A DNA stretch of 40,831 nt from Corallochytrium limacisporum Hawaii (taxonomy: Eukaryota > Protista > Pluriformea). The stretch covers positions 85,754-126,584 of the forward strand of contig PDIP01000094.1 in NCBI GenBank assembly GCA_002811645.1, given 5' to 3'. The notes below the pieces were generated by a model that worked only from the letters and a program-made list of their open reading frames with translations, was not told the DNA's origin and ran no database searches. This document shows, piece by piece, positions 39,921 to 40,831 of the stretch. The translations under genes and the position numbers were made by a program. Positions within the stretch are counted from its first letter, which is position 1, and each line of letters opens with the position of its first letter.

Positions 39921-40831
39921 CGAATATATCATTTCCCTATCGCGCGGGTTGACGTGCGAGGGTGGGTTGTAGTGCAGAATTGCGCACGTACGGTTCGACA
40001 GCTGAGTGCTGTCCAGAGACGTGTTCTTACTCATTCCATTTCCGAATGAGGGTACACCGACCCGGTTGGGTTTAGGCTCGATGTCCCACATCAATGGACT
40101 TTGCTTATGAAACTTTGCCTCAGTGGCAAAGAGTAGTGACAACAGGGACTCACACGACAGCTTCTCTGCACTCTTGCAACATTCAGATACACACACACGA
40201 AGCAAGGGACGTCACCGCAAGGGGTACAGCATTTGAAGGCATGGCCAGACCCGAGTGCAGCGCCTTGGAGCGCGGTAGCATAGGTACTACATTCTATGAA
40301 ACGAGCCTGGTGTATACGATGTTAAGCATCGAAAACACCTGCACAACTTCTGGATGTTCTTGGGAGAGCAGCAAGCGCATGCGAATCCGTAAATTCCTAC
40401 ACATCCAGGTCCATACATAGAAGAATTGTGTGCCTGAAGAATCTCTTGTTCAGTTGGAGTAGGTAGCTGCAATCTGATGAGCAATGAGCAGGGACGTCAA
40501 CTTCCCCAACATCGGATCTCCCTCGCAAGTCTACGTTCAAATCCGTGAAAATAGTATATTTTAGGGTATCAGTTATATATTGGTTAGTCGCTGTGCCCTA
40601 ATTTTCCCATAAGTCAATCACTTAGGCCAACAGTGGGAGCACTACCAGATGATGTTTTGTTTGGCCGGTAGTCTCACTATTGACGGGCTAGGGGAGGGAA
40701 CTGCCGCAGGTGACTTGTGGCGAGCCTAAACACTTCTGAAGTACCAACCTCTGTTCAATAAAAAAGTGCAGAATTTCGAAAAACCGGTGTTCAACAAAAA
40801 TTTGCACAATTCGTGATTGTTAGCCCAAGCG

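Noticed and set aside
37622-40484. Short ORFs upstream of the kinase-like gene (e.g. 37622-37924, 39053-39565, 40094-40420)
   Set aside because: No recognisable domains, and lengths are compatible with chance in GC-rich intergenic DNA.
1-40831. CRISPR arrays, transposase/RT/integrase, Fanzor/TnpB or viral genes
   Set aside because: No regularly spaced repeats and no ORF with DDE, RT, RuvC or capsid motifs were seen.

Overview
Draft-assembly window from a eukaryotic, probably unicellular, genome; five N-gaps, nearly all beside poly-C or (AG)n tracts. Eight protein-coding genes are supported, all uninterrupted ORFs (about 16.4 kb of CDS with no intron) and all with a purine at -3 of the ATG: a DNAJB12/14-type ER J-protein, mitochondrial uL15m, a strongly diverged CWF18/CCDC12-like spliceosomal protein, a 1874-aa PH plus ankyrin protein with an unassigned N-terminal domain, gamma-glutamyl hydrolase, an SPX-MFS phosphate transporter, the NEDD8 E1 subunit UBA3, and a GAF-PAS-histidine-kinase-like-REC-REC protein whose phosphorelay motifs look degenerate. 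The first 14.5 kb and last 3.4 kb carry no recognisable gene but hold microsatellites, poly-C tracts, one copy of a near-identical dispersed repeat, a possibly decayed ORF and two candidate structured RNAs: one (about 13.05-13.30 kb) with a TAACCCTAA telomere-template-like sequence inside a long closing stem, and one (about 39.65-39.92 kb) with an RNase MRP/P-like layout. The RNA calls are hand-folded hypotheses. No CRISPR array, tRNA, rRNA or intact transposase was seen, and the host lineage cannot be fixed without a search.
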